Source: a virus
Lineage: Duplodnaviria > Caudoviricetes
IMG/VR virus record: IMGVR_UViG_3300049926_000039
Span: 5,804-69,803 of that record
Strand: one strand, 5' to 3'
DNA: 64,000 nt
Part shown: positions 28,397-37,345 of the stretch, in pieces
Layout of the letters: each line of letters starts with the position of its first letter
How positions within the stretch are numbered: the first letter of the stretch is position 1
The notes under the pieces: model-generated
The model's database searches: none
Told to the model about the DNA's origin: nothing
What the model saw: only the letters and a program-made list of their open reading frames with translations
Position numbers and translations under genes: made by a program

Positions 28397-28723
28397 CTAG
28401 GGTTCGCGCTCGGGCTGCCACGTGGCCGTCTTGCCGTTGCGGGCACGCTGCCATTCATAGGCGTGGTCGGGGCCGCAGAACAGAGGGTCCGCGCTGGCGT
28501 CGGCAAGCTCGACGGCGCACCACACGCACAGGTGCTCGGCCAGCCGCCTGTCCAGTTCGAGGCCAGTTGCCCGCTCGTAGATCACAGTCCCCCCCTCCGT
28601 GTCGCCCCACGGGTCGTCGCAGAGCATGTCCGGGAAGGGTGCCCGCAGGGGCGGAAGGACCATGTCGGCGGGTATCCCGAAGATGCGGGCGATCTGGGCC
28701 GACGTGAATCCACGCGAAGTCAC
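28397..28723 (-). CDS. hypothetical protein (CxxC...C)
   Basis: 108 aa, GTGA coupling. Confidence 0.55.
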   Translation of the reverse strand: MTSRGFTSAQIARIFGIPADMVLPPLRAPFPDMLCDDPWGDTEGGTVIYERATGLELDRRLAEHLCVWCAVELADASADPLFCGPDHAYEWQRARNGKTATWQPEREP

Positions 28724-28920
28724 GACTCCGCCCTCCGGCTCGCCTTGTACGCGGCGATGTCCTGGGGATCCCAGACCGGGCGGACGTGCGACCCGTCGAT
28801 CACCTTCGCCACCGGTCCGGGCGCCTGACCCCGGGACACGTACGCGCGCCACGTCGCCGGGGTCACGCCGAGGTTGGCAGCGATGTCCTCGGTGAACGGG
28901 CGGCCCTTATCGTCAGGCAT
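28720..28920 (-). CDS. AlpA/excisionase-like HTH protein
   Basis: EDIAANLGVTPATWRAYVSRGQAPGP...PVWD. Confidence 0.75.
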   Translation of the reverse strand: MPDDKGRPFTEDIAANLGVTPATWRAYVSRGQAPGPVAKVIDGSHVRPVWDPQDIAAYKASRRAES

Positions 28921-29137
28921 GACCCCTCCGTTCGCGTCTCTCCCGAATGACCGCTTCGAGAACCGCGACGTTCTGCTGGATCTCTTCGTTGCGGCGCACG
29001 GACGGCCGGAACCGCTCGTACGTTCGGCCGATGGCCAGCGTCATCACCAGCAACCGCAGCGGTAGGCGCTCGAACGCATCGCGCAGTCCAGCGAGGTGCT
29101 CGATGTGATCGTCAGTGGTCCACTCGTCGTCAGGCAC
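28913..29137 (-). CDS. hypothetical protein
   Basis: 74 aa coupled ORF. Confidence 0.5.
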   Translation of the reverse strand: MPDDEWTTDDHIEHLAGLRDAFERLPLRLLVMTLAIGRTYERFRPSVRRNEEIQQNVAVLEAVIRERRERRGHA

Positions 29138-29513
29138 GGGTACGGCCCTCGCACCACTCGGCCGCACGGCGGAGCGCACCCTCCACCATCTCGCCGTCGG
29201 CTGCCTCGTGGTCGTTCCAGTACACGATGGCGTCGATCGGCTCGGGGTCGGACGGCCAGCCGCGGAAGTAGTTCGGCTGAGGGTCGGCGGTGAGGTAGGC
29301 GAGCAGGCCTTCCGTCGCCGCGCGGGCGCGTAGGTCCTGCACGTCGATCCGGTACAACAGCCCAGGGTCGATCGCTGCGATGATCGCACCCCACGCGCAC
29401 ATGCACCCAGTGCTGCGATCGATCAGCTTCCCGCGGGCCCACCCGTTGACGTGCAGCAGGTGGGCAGCATCGCGTAGCGTCTCGGCCGCTGCGGCGTAGT
29501 CGGTCTCAGGCAT
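29130..29513 (-). CDS. DUF6197-like protein
   Basis: LRDAAHLLHVNGWARG...CAWGAI...WND...ALRRAA. Confidence 0.65.
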   Translation of the reverse strand: MPETDYAAAAETLRDAAHLLHVNGWARGKLIDRSTGCMCAWGAIIAAIDPGLLYRIDVQDLRARAATEGLLAYLTADPQPNYFRGWPSDPEPIDAIVYWNDHEAADGEMVEGALRRAAEWCEGRTRA

Positions 29514-29754
29514 GGGGATCGGTTCCCGTCTCGTCGTCCGTCCCGATGGGGGGCGTCTCATCGAGTAGCACGCGTGCAAGTACGCGCGCATGACGCGCCA
29601 TGAGTTCTTGGCGCGGGTTGCCCTTCGACCAGTACGGCATGTAACTGGGCCATGCCCCGCTCCCTCGCGAGGAGAGCTTGACCAGCCACAACCTCCCGAC
29701 GATCCGCCGCGTGGAGAGTTTGAAGACGAGGGGTGGGGTCGTCGGCTCAGCCAT
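29506..29754 (-). CDS. hypothetical protein, paralogue of 29747-29965
   Basis: STRRIVGRLWLVKL...YMPYWSKGNP. Confidence 0.6.
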   Translation of the reverse strand: MAEPTTPPLVFKLSTRRIVGRLWLVKLSSRGSGAWPSYMPYWSKGNPRQELMARHARVLARVLLDETPPIGTDDETGTDPHA

Positions 29755-29965
29755 GGGTACGGCCCTCGTCTCGTTGCGCAGCGCGCCACTCCAATACCCG
29801 AGCGAGCCGGTCAACGACGACCCGCCACGGGTCGCCCTTCGACCACCATGGCATGTACTTGGTTCCGCCGTGGCCCTGCTCTGCGAGCTTCACCAGCCAC
29901 AGGGACCCGACGAGCCGCCGCGTGGAGACTGTGATGATCCGGGACTCGGACGCAGGCTCAGGCAT
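29747..29965 (-). CDS. hypothetical protein, paralogue of 29506-29754
   Basis: STRRLVGSLWLVKL...YMPWWSKGDP. Confidence 0.6.
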   Translation of the reverse strand: MPEPASESRIITVSTRRLVGSLWLVKLAEQGHGGTKYMPWWSKGDPWRVVVDRLARVLEWRAAQRDEGRTHG

Positions 29966-30362
29966 GGCCCTGCTCCTCGCACCACGCGGCGGCCTTCTCC
30001 ATGGCCTGCACGACGATGCCCTCGGTCATGTCGTCCTGGTCGTTCCACTCCTCGATGCCGGATCCGTCGCCCACGATCGTGCCGTGGAACGGCTCCGGGT
30101 CATGAGCCAGGAATCGGCACAGCGTCGTCACCGCCGACCCGAAGACCGTGTCGTGATCGATCGCACGTATGGCGGTGACGTCAGTGATGATGAAACCGAT
30201 CTCAGAGTTCCGAGCGACGATCATCGCGCCAACGGCACAGACCGTGCCCGAATGCCGTATCAGGTTCCCCTGGGCCCACCCTCGGGTGCGGATGACGTCG
30301 GCGCTGGCGCGGAGGGTGTCGGCTGTCTCGGCAGCGGTGGCGGGTTCGAGATGGATGTTCAT
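29958..30362 (-). CDS. DUF6197-like protein
   Basis: LRASADVIRTRGWAQG...CAVGAM...WND...AMEKAA. Confidence 0.65.
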   Translation of the reverse strand: MNIHLEPATAAETADTLRASADVIRTRGWAQGNLIRHSGTVCAVGAMIVARNSEIGFIITDVTAIRAIDHDTVFGSAVTTLCRFLAHDPEPFHGTIVGDGSGIEEWNDQDDMTEGIVVQAMEKAAAWCEEQGHA

Positions 30363-30377
30363 GGGCGAGCCTTTCGG

Positions 30378-30614
30378 TCAGCCGAGGACACTCGGCATGG
30401 GCTTGTGCAGGACACGTTCGCGGGGGTCGCAGACGAGATGCCCGTCGGCGTCGCTGAAGATGGGCTCCATCCACCCCCGCACCGCGGGATGATCCACGCC
30501 GGTAAGGCGGATCGCAGAGTCGCAGTGCTGGCAGCGAAGCGGGAACTCAGGCACGGTGTCGGGCGTACCCGGACCGTGGACGAAGAACCGAACGACGGCA
30601 CGGAGCGGGTTCAC
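30378..30614 (-). CDS. hypothetical protein (CxxC)
   Basis: GTGA-coupled ORF. Confidence 0.5.
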   Translation of the reverse strand: MNPLRAVVRFFVHGPGTPDTVPEFPLRCQHCDSAIRLTGVDHPAVRGWMEPIFSDADGHLVCDPRERVLHKPMPSVLG

Positions 30615-30874
30615 GCTGGCCACCGCCTGCATTTCGAGCAGGGGACGGACGACACGAGTTGGTAGTCGTCCGTACTGATCACCGCGACCGTGGTGCCCTC
30701 CTGGATGACCACCTGCGCCTCGCCGATCTGCACCGTGGCCGTACCGGGCAGGAACACCGTGCGCACGTACATCGACGGGTCGGCCGGGAGGTGAGCGTGG
30801 GCAATAGCGGGATCGATGATCCGCAGCTCACAACAGTGTGAGGCCTTCAGGTCGATGGGTGCGGCATCCGTCAT
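30611..30874 (-). CDS. hypothetical protein
   Basis: 87 aa, own promoter upstream. Confidence 0.55.
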   Translation of the reverse strand: MTDAAPIDLKASHCCELRIIDPAIAHAHLPADPSMYVRTVFLPGTATVQIGEAQVVIQEGTTVAVISTDDYQLVSSVPCSKCRRWPA

Positions 30875-30911
30875 GCCCGGTACCGTACAACGCGCGTTGT
30901 ACTAATCGCAA
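30875..30911 (-). promoter_or_regulatory. leaderless promoter with 18-bp palindromic operator
   Basis: TTGCGA-N18-TACGGT-N7-ATG; perfect palindrome GTACAACGCGCGTTGTAC at 30885-30902. Confidence 0.65.
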
Positions 30912-31012
30912 GGGGGCCTTTACCGAGACGACGATGGCCTCACCCGTTGGACCGGGGAGGCCATCAACTACCTGTCGTCTGTCCCGATAAAGACCGGCCG
31001 TCAGGCGCCTAC

Positions 31013-31654
31013 CTACCGCCGAGGATACCGGGCCGCGCGGAACCCCGAACGCTGAGCGGTGTACAACATCCCGACCATGGCGTAGTCGTACGCCTCCGAC
31101 CACGCGTCGTCGTACTCGGGCCGCCACTCCTTGCCGGCGGCGTCGTGCAGCGTCTCGAACAGGATGCGCTTGACGGCCAGGTACTCGCCCACCGTCGCCC
31201 CCCGGATCGACCCGTCCGGGCGGTGGAACGCGGCGTGCGAACGGCCGAACGTCGCGAGGTGGGTATCGAGGATCGCCATCGACTCGGCGTCAGCTGGGTC
31301 GTACGTCTGAGACAGGGCGACCAGGGCGGCCAGCAGTTTGTCCCGCTGGCGCTTGCCCGGACTGTCGGTCTCCACCTCGGTAGCCGCGACCAGATCGGCG
31401 GGGAACAGCGCGGCAAGGCTGGGCGCGAAGTCGAGCAGGCGACGATAGAACTCGCGGACGGTGTCGTCGCCGTTGTCGCCGAGCAGGGCGATCGAACGGC
31501 GGAGCAGGTCGTTGGTCGTCAAGACGTTCCCCGTTCCCATGCAGTGCGGGCAAGGTTCCCTGGCGGCGGGCGTGTCAAGGGCGTGGACCCCCGAATCGGT
31601 CAGCGGGTCGGGGGACGGTAGCGGAGCGTCGGCGGTGCCAGTCGGCTCGGACAT
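31013..31654 (-). CDS. single-domain globin with N-terminal CxxCxGxG motif
   Basis: EFYRRL (B10 Tyr), ALFP (CD1 Phe), QRDKLLAAL (E7 Gln), FGRSH (F8 His), W...DAW..AYD; CPHCMGTG; RBS AAAGGAA. Confidence 0.8.
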   Translation of the reverse strand: MSEPTGTADAPLPSPDPLTDSGVHALDTPAAREPCPHCMGTGNVLTTNDLLRRSIALLGDNGDDTVREFYRRLLDFAPSLAALFPADLVAATEVETDSPGKRQRDKLLAALVALSQTYDPADAESMAILDTHLATFGRSHAAFHRPDGSIRGATVGEYLAVKRILFETLHDAAGKEWRPEYDDAWSEAYDYAMVGMLYTAQRSGFRAARYPRR

Positions 31655-31706
31655 GTTCGGTTCCTTTCGTCGGAAGGGCCACACGGTCGACTCCTCACAG
31701 GTCGGG

Positions 31707-31937
31707 TCAGAAGTACGGATTGGGCGGGACGTCGGTGATGCGACGGCGGAACTTGGGCTCGATCGGCTTCAGTTTCGGCCGATCCTCGTACCACTCCAGC
31801 CATTCGGCCTCGCCCCACTCGTCGGAGTCATTCGGCTCGTTCGGGTCCGGGCCGTCGGCGGGGTCCCACAGTTCCTCCGGGATCCACAGACGGCCGCGGT
31901 CGGGGTACCCGACGACCTTCCATCCGTCGTCGGTCAT
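31707..31937 (-). CDS. acidic hypothetical protein
   Basis: 76 aa MTDDGWKVVG... Confidence 0.55.
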   Translation of the reverse strand: MTDDGWKVVGYPDRGRLWIPEELWDPADGPDPNEPNDSDEWGEAEWLEWYEDRPKLKPIEPKFRRRITDVPPNPYF

Positions 31938-32360
31938 GGCATGATCCTTCGGATGGGACGGCATGTGGCACGCGAGCACAGACACCGCCGTACGGTCGCG
32001 GTGAACGCCCGGCGCGCGGTGATGACGGCCGGGGCGGTGGTCGTGGTGACGACGGCGGGGGCGATCGTGCCGCTGCACCTCGCGCCCATACCGACGCAGG
32101 CAACCCCGATATTCGTTACGCCCATACGCGTCTCGCCTGCCCCGTCGCCCACCCGTGCCGAACCCCGCGCCACGAAGCCGACCACCCCCGCCCGGACGGA
32201 TAGGGACACGGGGGCGACGCCGCACAGGGCCGTACAGCGGGCTAACACCAGCGCCCCCCGGGACGGCGGAAAGACATCCGGGCGTATGGCCGGCGGCGGT
32301 GCACTAGCAGCCACGGGCGACGGGCGGGACGGTACCCACGCCATCTCGGGCTCCCACCCT

Positions 32361-32765
32361 TCACAACAGCACGCTCCCCAGAAACCCGCAGAACAACAGC
32401 AGGGTCAGCGCGGTCAGCGAGCCGAGCACGTACGCCAGAGTCGCCGACTCCCAGGTGTACCGGTCGGGCGGGGGGCGGTCCGGGATCTCGGCGGTCAGCA
32501 CGCGGTCCATCTCGGCGAGCTCCTGCGCCCGCACCCACGTCCTGATCAGCAGCCGGGTGTCCCCCGGATCCATCCTGCGCAGGTCGGCCAGCGGGATGCC
32601 CGACCGGATGGAGAACAGTTCGAGCTCGGCGCCGGGCCGCAGCATCCGCTCGGTGTCCGTCAGCGTGCGAGGGTCGGCGCGGATCAGCCGCACAAGATCC
32701 CGCTCTCGCCACTCGGCGAGGGGCGACCGTCGGGGCGGCCGACTAGATCTGACATGTTCCTGCAC
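32361..32765 (-). CDS. hypothetical protein with C-terminal TM helix
   Basis: RBS GAGGAGG, 134 aa. Confidence 0.55.
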   Translation of the reverse strand: MQEHVRSSRPPRRSPLAEWRERDLVRLIRADPRTLTDTERMLRPGAELELFSIRSGIPLADLRRMDPGDTRLLIRTWVRAQELAEMDRVLTAEIPDRPPPDRYTWESATLAYVLGSLTALTLLLFCGFLGSVLL

Positions 32766-33183
32766 GGGTACGCCTCCTCGGGTTGTGGTGATCGTTGGCG
32801 AGATCTTCACCCGCAAGCGCGCCATCCCGAATGGCCGCACGCTCCGCAGCTCGAGCAGCGGAGCGATCGGGCAGCCAACGGATCGGCACCATCACGCCGG
32901 TGGACTGCCGCATCCACCACTCATCGTCGGGATCGGTGAGGTGCCGCGACCCGCGCACCTCGGGCTCGTTCGAGATGCCGTAGTAGATCGGCCGCAGCGT
33001 CGTCGCCCACAGGTAGCAGTACAACAGGTGGGGCACATCGGCGCGGACCGGACGGCGGACGGGCAGCGCCCGGGGGGGCGGTAGTTGCTGCACCGCATCC
33101 TGCGCACGCCACCTGGCGATCTGCACGATCAGGGCCAGCACCAGCCACGCGGTGAGGGTGAGCAGAACGAGTCCGAGCGTCAT
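32743..33183 (-). CDS. N-terminally membrane-anchored GIY-YIG nuclease
   Basis: TM helix then LLYCY...IYYGIS...RGSRH...AERAAI...LAN. Confidence 0.65.
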   Translation of the reverse strand: MTLGLVLLTLTAWLVLALIVQIARWRAQDAVQQLPPPRALPVRRPVRADVPHLLYCYLWATTLRPIYYGISNEPEVRGSRHLTDPDDEWWMRQSTGVMVPIRWLPDRSAARAAERAAIRDGALAGEDLANDHHNPRRRTRAGTCQI

Positions 33184-33419
33184 CGGGCCCACATCGCAGC
33201 CACCGCGGCTGCCATGCCACCGGCCATGCCCATCAGTCCGGACACGATCAGCAGCACGTCCACCGACAGCGAGTCCGCACCCTGCCGGTGCATCCACGCC
33301 CACATGCACCCGACCAGCACCATGAAGCCGAGGGCGGTCAGGGCTACGGCGGCACCCATCCACCGGACGACCCGGCGCTGCACGACGAACTCCGTCTGAC
33401 CCCGGGTGCTGTGACTCAT
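33180..33419 (-). CDS. small two-TM membrane protein
   Basis: 79 aa, ATGA coupling. Confidence 0.6.
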   Translation of the reverse strand: MSHSTRGQTEFVVQRRVVRWMGAAVALTALGFMVLVGCMWAWMHRQGADSLSVDVLLIVSGLMGMAGGMAAAVAAMWAR

Positions 33420-33805
33420 GACGGCCGCCACTCCTCGCGGTATCCGGGCTTATCGGCGTACGGCAACGCGCGTATCTTGACGGCGGTCAACAGGCCGTAC
33501 GCCTCGCCCGCAGGCGCCTCGCGGTGCAGGTCGTAGTAGGTCCGGGCTTGTTCGTACTCGTCCAATAGCCGTCGGTCGGCGGCCACCTCGGCCAGCACGC
33601 GGGCCGGGTCCCAGCGGGCGATGTGCACGGGATTCACCTTCGACCACGGCCCGCCACTGAAGCCTTCCGAGACGGTGAGGCCCTGGTCGTAGGAGTGCAC
33701 GTCCTCGCCGGACCTGCTCACCGTCCACGGGCCCGGCGTCGCTCCCCGTGCCACCCGCTCGTCCTCATCGAGCTGGGCGCGCAGCCAGGTCACCAGGCCG
33801 TTCAT
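33416..33805 (-). CDS. DUF6221-like protein
   Basis: WLRAQLDEDERVA...HIARWDPARVLAEVAADRRLL...ALPYADKPGYREEWRP. Confidence 0.75.
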   Translation of the reverse strand: MNGLVTWLRAQLDEDERVARGATPGPWTVSRSGEDVHSYDQGLTVSEGFSGGPWSKVNPVHIARWDPARVLAEVAADRRLLDEYEQARTYYDLHREAPAGEAYGLLTAVKIRALPYADKPGYREEWRPS

Positions 33806-34191
33806 CGCGGCATCGCCACATACGCGAGGGCCAGCAGGGCGACGCCGGCGACCAGCACCCCGTGCCACCACATCGGGCGCGGGGGGCGGCCGGTCGCGAG
33901 GGCCATCTGCCGGGCCTGCACCCCGGTCACGGCGTAGGTCGACGCCACATAGGCGAGCAGGGCGAAGAACCCGAGGGATGCCGCCGCGAACGCGATGGTG
34001 CGGTGGTCGACGTGGAACCACATCCACGCGCACCCGATCGCGACCAGGACGAATCCGACAGCCCACGGAATCCAGCCGCCGAACAGAATCAGGTAGGCGT
34101 GATCGTGCCCGACTTTCCGGTTCGCGGCGAGACGGCGGATCTCGCGGTCGTGGGTCCGCCGCTCGGCGGAGCTGACATATCGGCGGGCCAT
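33802..34191 (-). CDS. membrane protein (possible Spd-like spread protein)
   Basis: three TM helices, downstream of tra genes. Confidence 0.55.
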   Translation of the reverse strand: MARRYVSSAERRTHDREIRRLAANRKVGHDHAYLILFGGWIPWAVGFVLVAIGCAWMWFHVDHRTIAFAAASLGFFALLAYVASTYAVTGVQARQMALATGRPPRPMWWHGVLVAGVALLALAYVAMPR

Positions 34192-34206
34192 CGGTTCGTC
34201 CTGTCT

Positions 34207-34545
34207 CTAGATCTTCAGTCTGACGCCGGAGACTCTGCGCTTGGCGTCAGCCGTCTCTACCGCCTGCGCGGCGAGGCTGGCCTGATTGCGGAGCCGGTCG
34301 ATCCGACCCTCGATCATGCCGAGGTACTCCTCGATCTTCGCGATGTCCTGCTCGACTACGCGACCGTGGTAGGAGCTGAGGGCTTGCGCGTCCGGGCCGC
34401 CGGCGTACTCGTAAGCCGCGCGGATGAGGTCGCCCACTCCGATCTGTACGGGGTTGAGTTCGCGGCGGGCGGTCCGGACATCGCGCTTGTGCGCCAACAG
34501 GCGGGCAAGCAATTGGGCGAGTCCGTCGGGTGTGCGGATGGTCAT
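34207..34545 (-). CDS. hypothetical protein in transfer operon
   Basis: 112 aa helical/coiled-coil. Confidence 0.6.
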   Translation of the reverse strand: MTIRTPDGLAQLLARLLAHKRDVRTARRELNPVQIGVGDLIRAAYEYAGGPDAQALSSYHGRVVEQDIAKIEEYLGMIEGRIDRLRNQASLAAQAVETADAKRRVSGVRLKI

Positions 34546-34585
34546 TACGGGCGTTCCTTTCGGCGAGCGTTGCGGATGGGGCGGG

Positions 34586-34954
34586 TCAGACCTTGAGGGT
34601 GGAACCCTTCTTCTCCCGCTCGGCGCGGGCGACGGCGACGGGCACCACGACGAGGCGGACGAAGTCGATGTTGGCGGCTTTCATGTAGAACGCGGCCGAG
34701 GTCATGTGCTCGGCGGAGCGCTGCATCTGCCGGATGACCCGGTTGGCCGACTTGTTGGCGTCCGACCCGATCCCGAGCCGGTTGGTCCCGTCGAGCCCCC
34801 ACTGACGCAGGGTGGCGACGATGCGGGGATGCAGCGCGGCGGCGGTGTTGAGGGACTGGTCGGCGCCCTGCATGAGCCCGGCGCGGAAGGCGTCGGTCAT
34901 TTGCTTCATGTCCTCGGCGGTGTAGATGTCGATCCTCGGGGGGAACGTCGGCAT
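34586..34954 (-). CDS. TraA-like plasmid transfer accessory protein
   Basis: size, helical pattern (PRIDIYTAEDMKQ...ANRVIRQMQRSAE) and position next to traB resemble Streptomyces plasmid TraA; weak recall. Confidence 0.45.
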   Translation of the reverse strand: MPTFPPRIDIYTAEDMKQMTDAFRAGLMQGADQSLNTAAALHPRIVATLRQWGLDGTNRLGIGSDANKSANRVIRQMQRSAEHMTSAAFYMKAANIDFVRLVVVPVAVARAEREKKGSTLKV

Positions 34955-34959
34955 GGCGA

Positions 34960-35155
34960 GCCTCTTTCTGCTGACTTTCTGGCTACGGTCTGTGACTTGA
35001 CGGACTTTCCGTGATCACTTAATCTATGACAAACGCTGTCTTTCCGCTGAGTTTCCAACGACTTGAATCCTCTCTTTCCGGGCGGAAAGTCGGCCGATCT
35101 CCTTAGGTCGCGTCCCTCCCTCTGCCCGACTTTCCACTCCCGCGACTTTCCGGGC
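34960..35155. repeat. clt-like locus: 8-bp GACTTTCC repeats directly downstream of traB
   Basis: exact GACTTTCC at 35003, 35128, 35144, inverted at 35084; variants at 34973, 35038, 35049, 35072. Confidence 0.7.
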
Positions 35156-35164
35156 CTGCGGACG

Positions 35165-37345
35165 TCACGCACCGTGCGTGCGCGGGCCCGCGATGTACGT
35201 GAGCAGGTAGTGCCCGCGCACGCCGTCCCGCTCGATCGTGAGCCCCGGAGGCGAGACGAACTTGCCCTCATCGCACAGTCCCGTGAACCGCTTCGAGATC
35301 CACGACTCGGACGGCTGGACGACCATCTCGGCCACCACGTCCGCGTTCGTGAACCGCATGACCTTGCGCTCGGCCATCCTGACCAGCGCGGCGTCGAACT
35401 CGGCCACCGCGTGCTCGGGCGACGACGGGCGGGGCTTCAGTCCCGGGCCGTCCAACTCGATGTTCTGGCCGTCACCGAGCGGCTCGACCGGCTCGCGCGG
35501 GTCGCCGTACTCGGCGCGTTCCTCCGCTGTGGGCGCGGCCGGAGCATCCGGGTCCAAGTCTTCGCCCAGGTCGTCGCCGTCGAGCTCCATCGTTTGCTGC
35601 ATGTCGGTCCCTTCGCTTGCGTTTGCGCTGGTCACGGTCGTGACAGCGGGCTCTGCGTCGTCCTCGCCCTTCGCGCCGAACATGACCGCGGACGGGCGGC
35701 ACAGGTTCCACACGGGGCCGAGCACGCTGATCTCCTCATCGGTGAAGGTCGCCGGCGTGAACGTGGTCCGCGCCTTGAGCACCGCCTCGCGAAGGTCGCC
35801 GTAGTCCTCGCGGGTCTCGTAGGTGCGGCAGTCGATCGGGTACCGGGTCGGGTCCACCCCCGGCGCCTTGTCGAGGTAGTGGGCGCCCGGGACGCTGGCC
35901 GCGAACTGTTCGGCGTTGGCGCCCGCCTCGCGGGTCTCGTCCGAGATGACGAACGCCGAGTCATAGTCCTGCGTGATCCCGAACTGCTTCCACGCGCCGA
36001 CCGCCGCGCGGACGTCGGTGGACAGCGCCGTACCGACCGCGCGGGGCAGGGTGATCGACAGGCGGAAGCCGAGCGAACGGCCCTTGGTGGCCAGCCACTC
36101 GAAGTTCGCGCCCTCCTTCACGATGTCGAACTCGTCCGCGAAGATGTAGATGAACGGCATGCCCGTCGTGTACGCGGCGGCGGCGTTGAAATTGCGGTAT
36201 CCGCTCAGCGCGTCCGCCCGGTATTTGCCAAGCCTGCGCAACGCAGCGAAGAGCGCGAGCGACTGCGCACGCGAAGCCGAGGCGAGCGTGCACATGTCCA
36301 GGCACCATCCTGCGTTCTGCATGATCTTCGCTTGGTCGATGTAGATGGCGACGACATCGGTTCGCGAAAGAACCTCCGCGATCTCGATCGCCGCGTCGCC
36401 CGACTTCCCCGAACCGGTCATGCCCTGTCGACCGAGGAACACGTCGTTCGGGGAGCGAAACTTCGGTGCGACCCGGGAGCGAAGTTCGTCTGGGGTTCGC
36501 GCGAAGGAGAACCACTGCGGCGCCCCGTCGGAGTAGTACGCGGTGCGAATCGGCGCAGCGAAGCTTTCGCCCGGGTGAGACAACCCCGGCCACGGGCGCC
36601 ACGTCTTGTGCGGGTCGGTGTGCACGAGGCGAATCTGCGAGGTCCCGCCGCGTTCGGCGGGCACGATCGAACTTCGCCCGCGAATGATTCCGGGGTTCTC
36701 CTCCAGCGCGGGCAACGCACTTCGCAGTTGCGAGATCGGTACGCCCGTATGGTCGATGGTCGCGGTCACCGCGAACTCGTCGCCGTCGATAGTGTTCGCG
36801 CGGATGCGTGCGCCCTTCGGCCACTTCAGCAGGTCCGCCAGGCCGCCGCCCTCTTCGCCCGAGCTGGTCGCCGCGCGGAACGCGTCGATGCGGTAGAGCA
36901 GCCACGTCCCCGCGAAGAAGATCGAGCACAGCAGGTAGATCACCGCAGCGGACGCGGGGACCGTGAACACGTCCGCGATCCGGTTCCACCAGTGCGGCCC
37001 AGTCCGGTGCCAGCCGAGGATTACGCCGATCGAGACGGCCACCGCGAACGCCTCGATGGTGAGCGCGACGTGCCAGATCACGAACGGGATCCGCTTGGTC
37101 ACCTTGTGGCCGATGCCCAGCGCCACCCCGGGGCCGACCGTGCCGAACAGGAACAGCGACAGCCAGACCATCATCCACTTCAGTTCGGGGCTGAAGAACA
37201 GGAAGAACCGCAGCACGATGACCAGGGCGGGGACGCCGAACAGGGCCGTGAGCAGCACCGATAGGAACGGCTGTGCCCGGTCGTCGGGCTCCCGCTTGCG
37301 GGGGTTCCGCTCGCTGGTGACGTTGACGTTCGATGTCCGGCTCAC
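35165..37345 (-). CDS. traB: TraB-family FtsK/SpoIIIE conjugative DNA translocase
   Basis: N-terminal TM helices, Walker A GMTGSGKS, Walker B IFADE, C-terminal winged helix (SESWISKRFTGLCDEG...GHYLL). Confidence 0.85.
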   Translation of the reverse strand: MSRTSNVNVTSERNPRKREPDDRAQPFLSVLLTALFGVPALVIVLRFFLFFSPELKWMMVWLSLFLFGTVGPGVALGIGHKVTKRIPFVIWHVALTIEAFAVAVSIGVILGWHRTGPHWWNRIADVFTVPASAAVIYLLCSIFFAGTWLLYRIDAFRAATSSGEEGGGLADLLKWPKGARIRANTIDGDEFAVTATIDHTGVPISQLRSALPALEENPGIIRGRSSIVPAERGGTSQIRLVHTDPHKTWRPWPGLSHPGESFAAPIRTAYYSDGAPQWFSFARTPDELRSRVAPKFRSPNDVFLGRQGMTGSGKSGDAAIEIAEVLSRTDVVAIYIDQAKIMQNAGWCLDMCTLASASRAQSLALFAALRRLGKYRADALSGYRNFNAAAAYTTGMPFIYIFADEFDIVKEGANFEWLATKGRSLGFRLSITLPRAVGTALSTDVRAAVGAWKQFGITQDYDSAFVISDETREAGANAEQFAASVPGAHYLDKAPGVDPTRYPIDCRTYETREDYGDLREAVLKARTTFTPATFTDEEISVLGPVWNLCRPSAVMFGAKGEDDAEPAVTTVTSANASEGTDMQQTMELDGDDLGEDLDPDAPAAPTAEERAEYGDPREPVEPLGDGQNIELDGPGLKPRPSSPEHAVAEFDAALVRMAERKVMRFTNADVVAEMVVQPSESWISKRFTGLCDEGKFVSPPGLTIERDGVRGHYLLTYIAGPRTHGA

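Noticed and set aside
31934-32344. Gene call in this interval (minus 136 aa, or a plus-strand TM plus Pro/Thr-rich frame)
   Set aside because: Both strands are open in register. The minus strand has an RBS and ATGA overlap but an implausible protein; the plus strand looks protein-like but lacks a clear stop. It cannot be resolved by eye.
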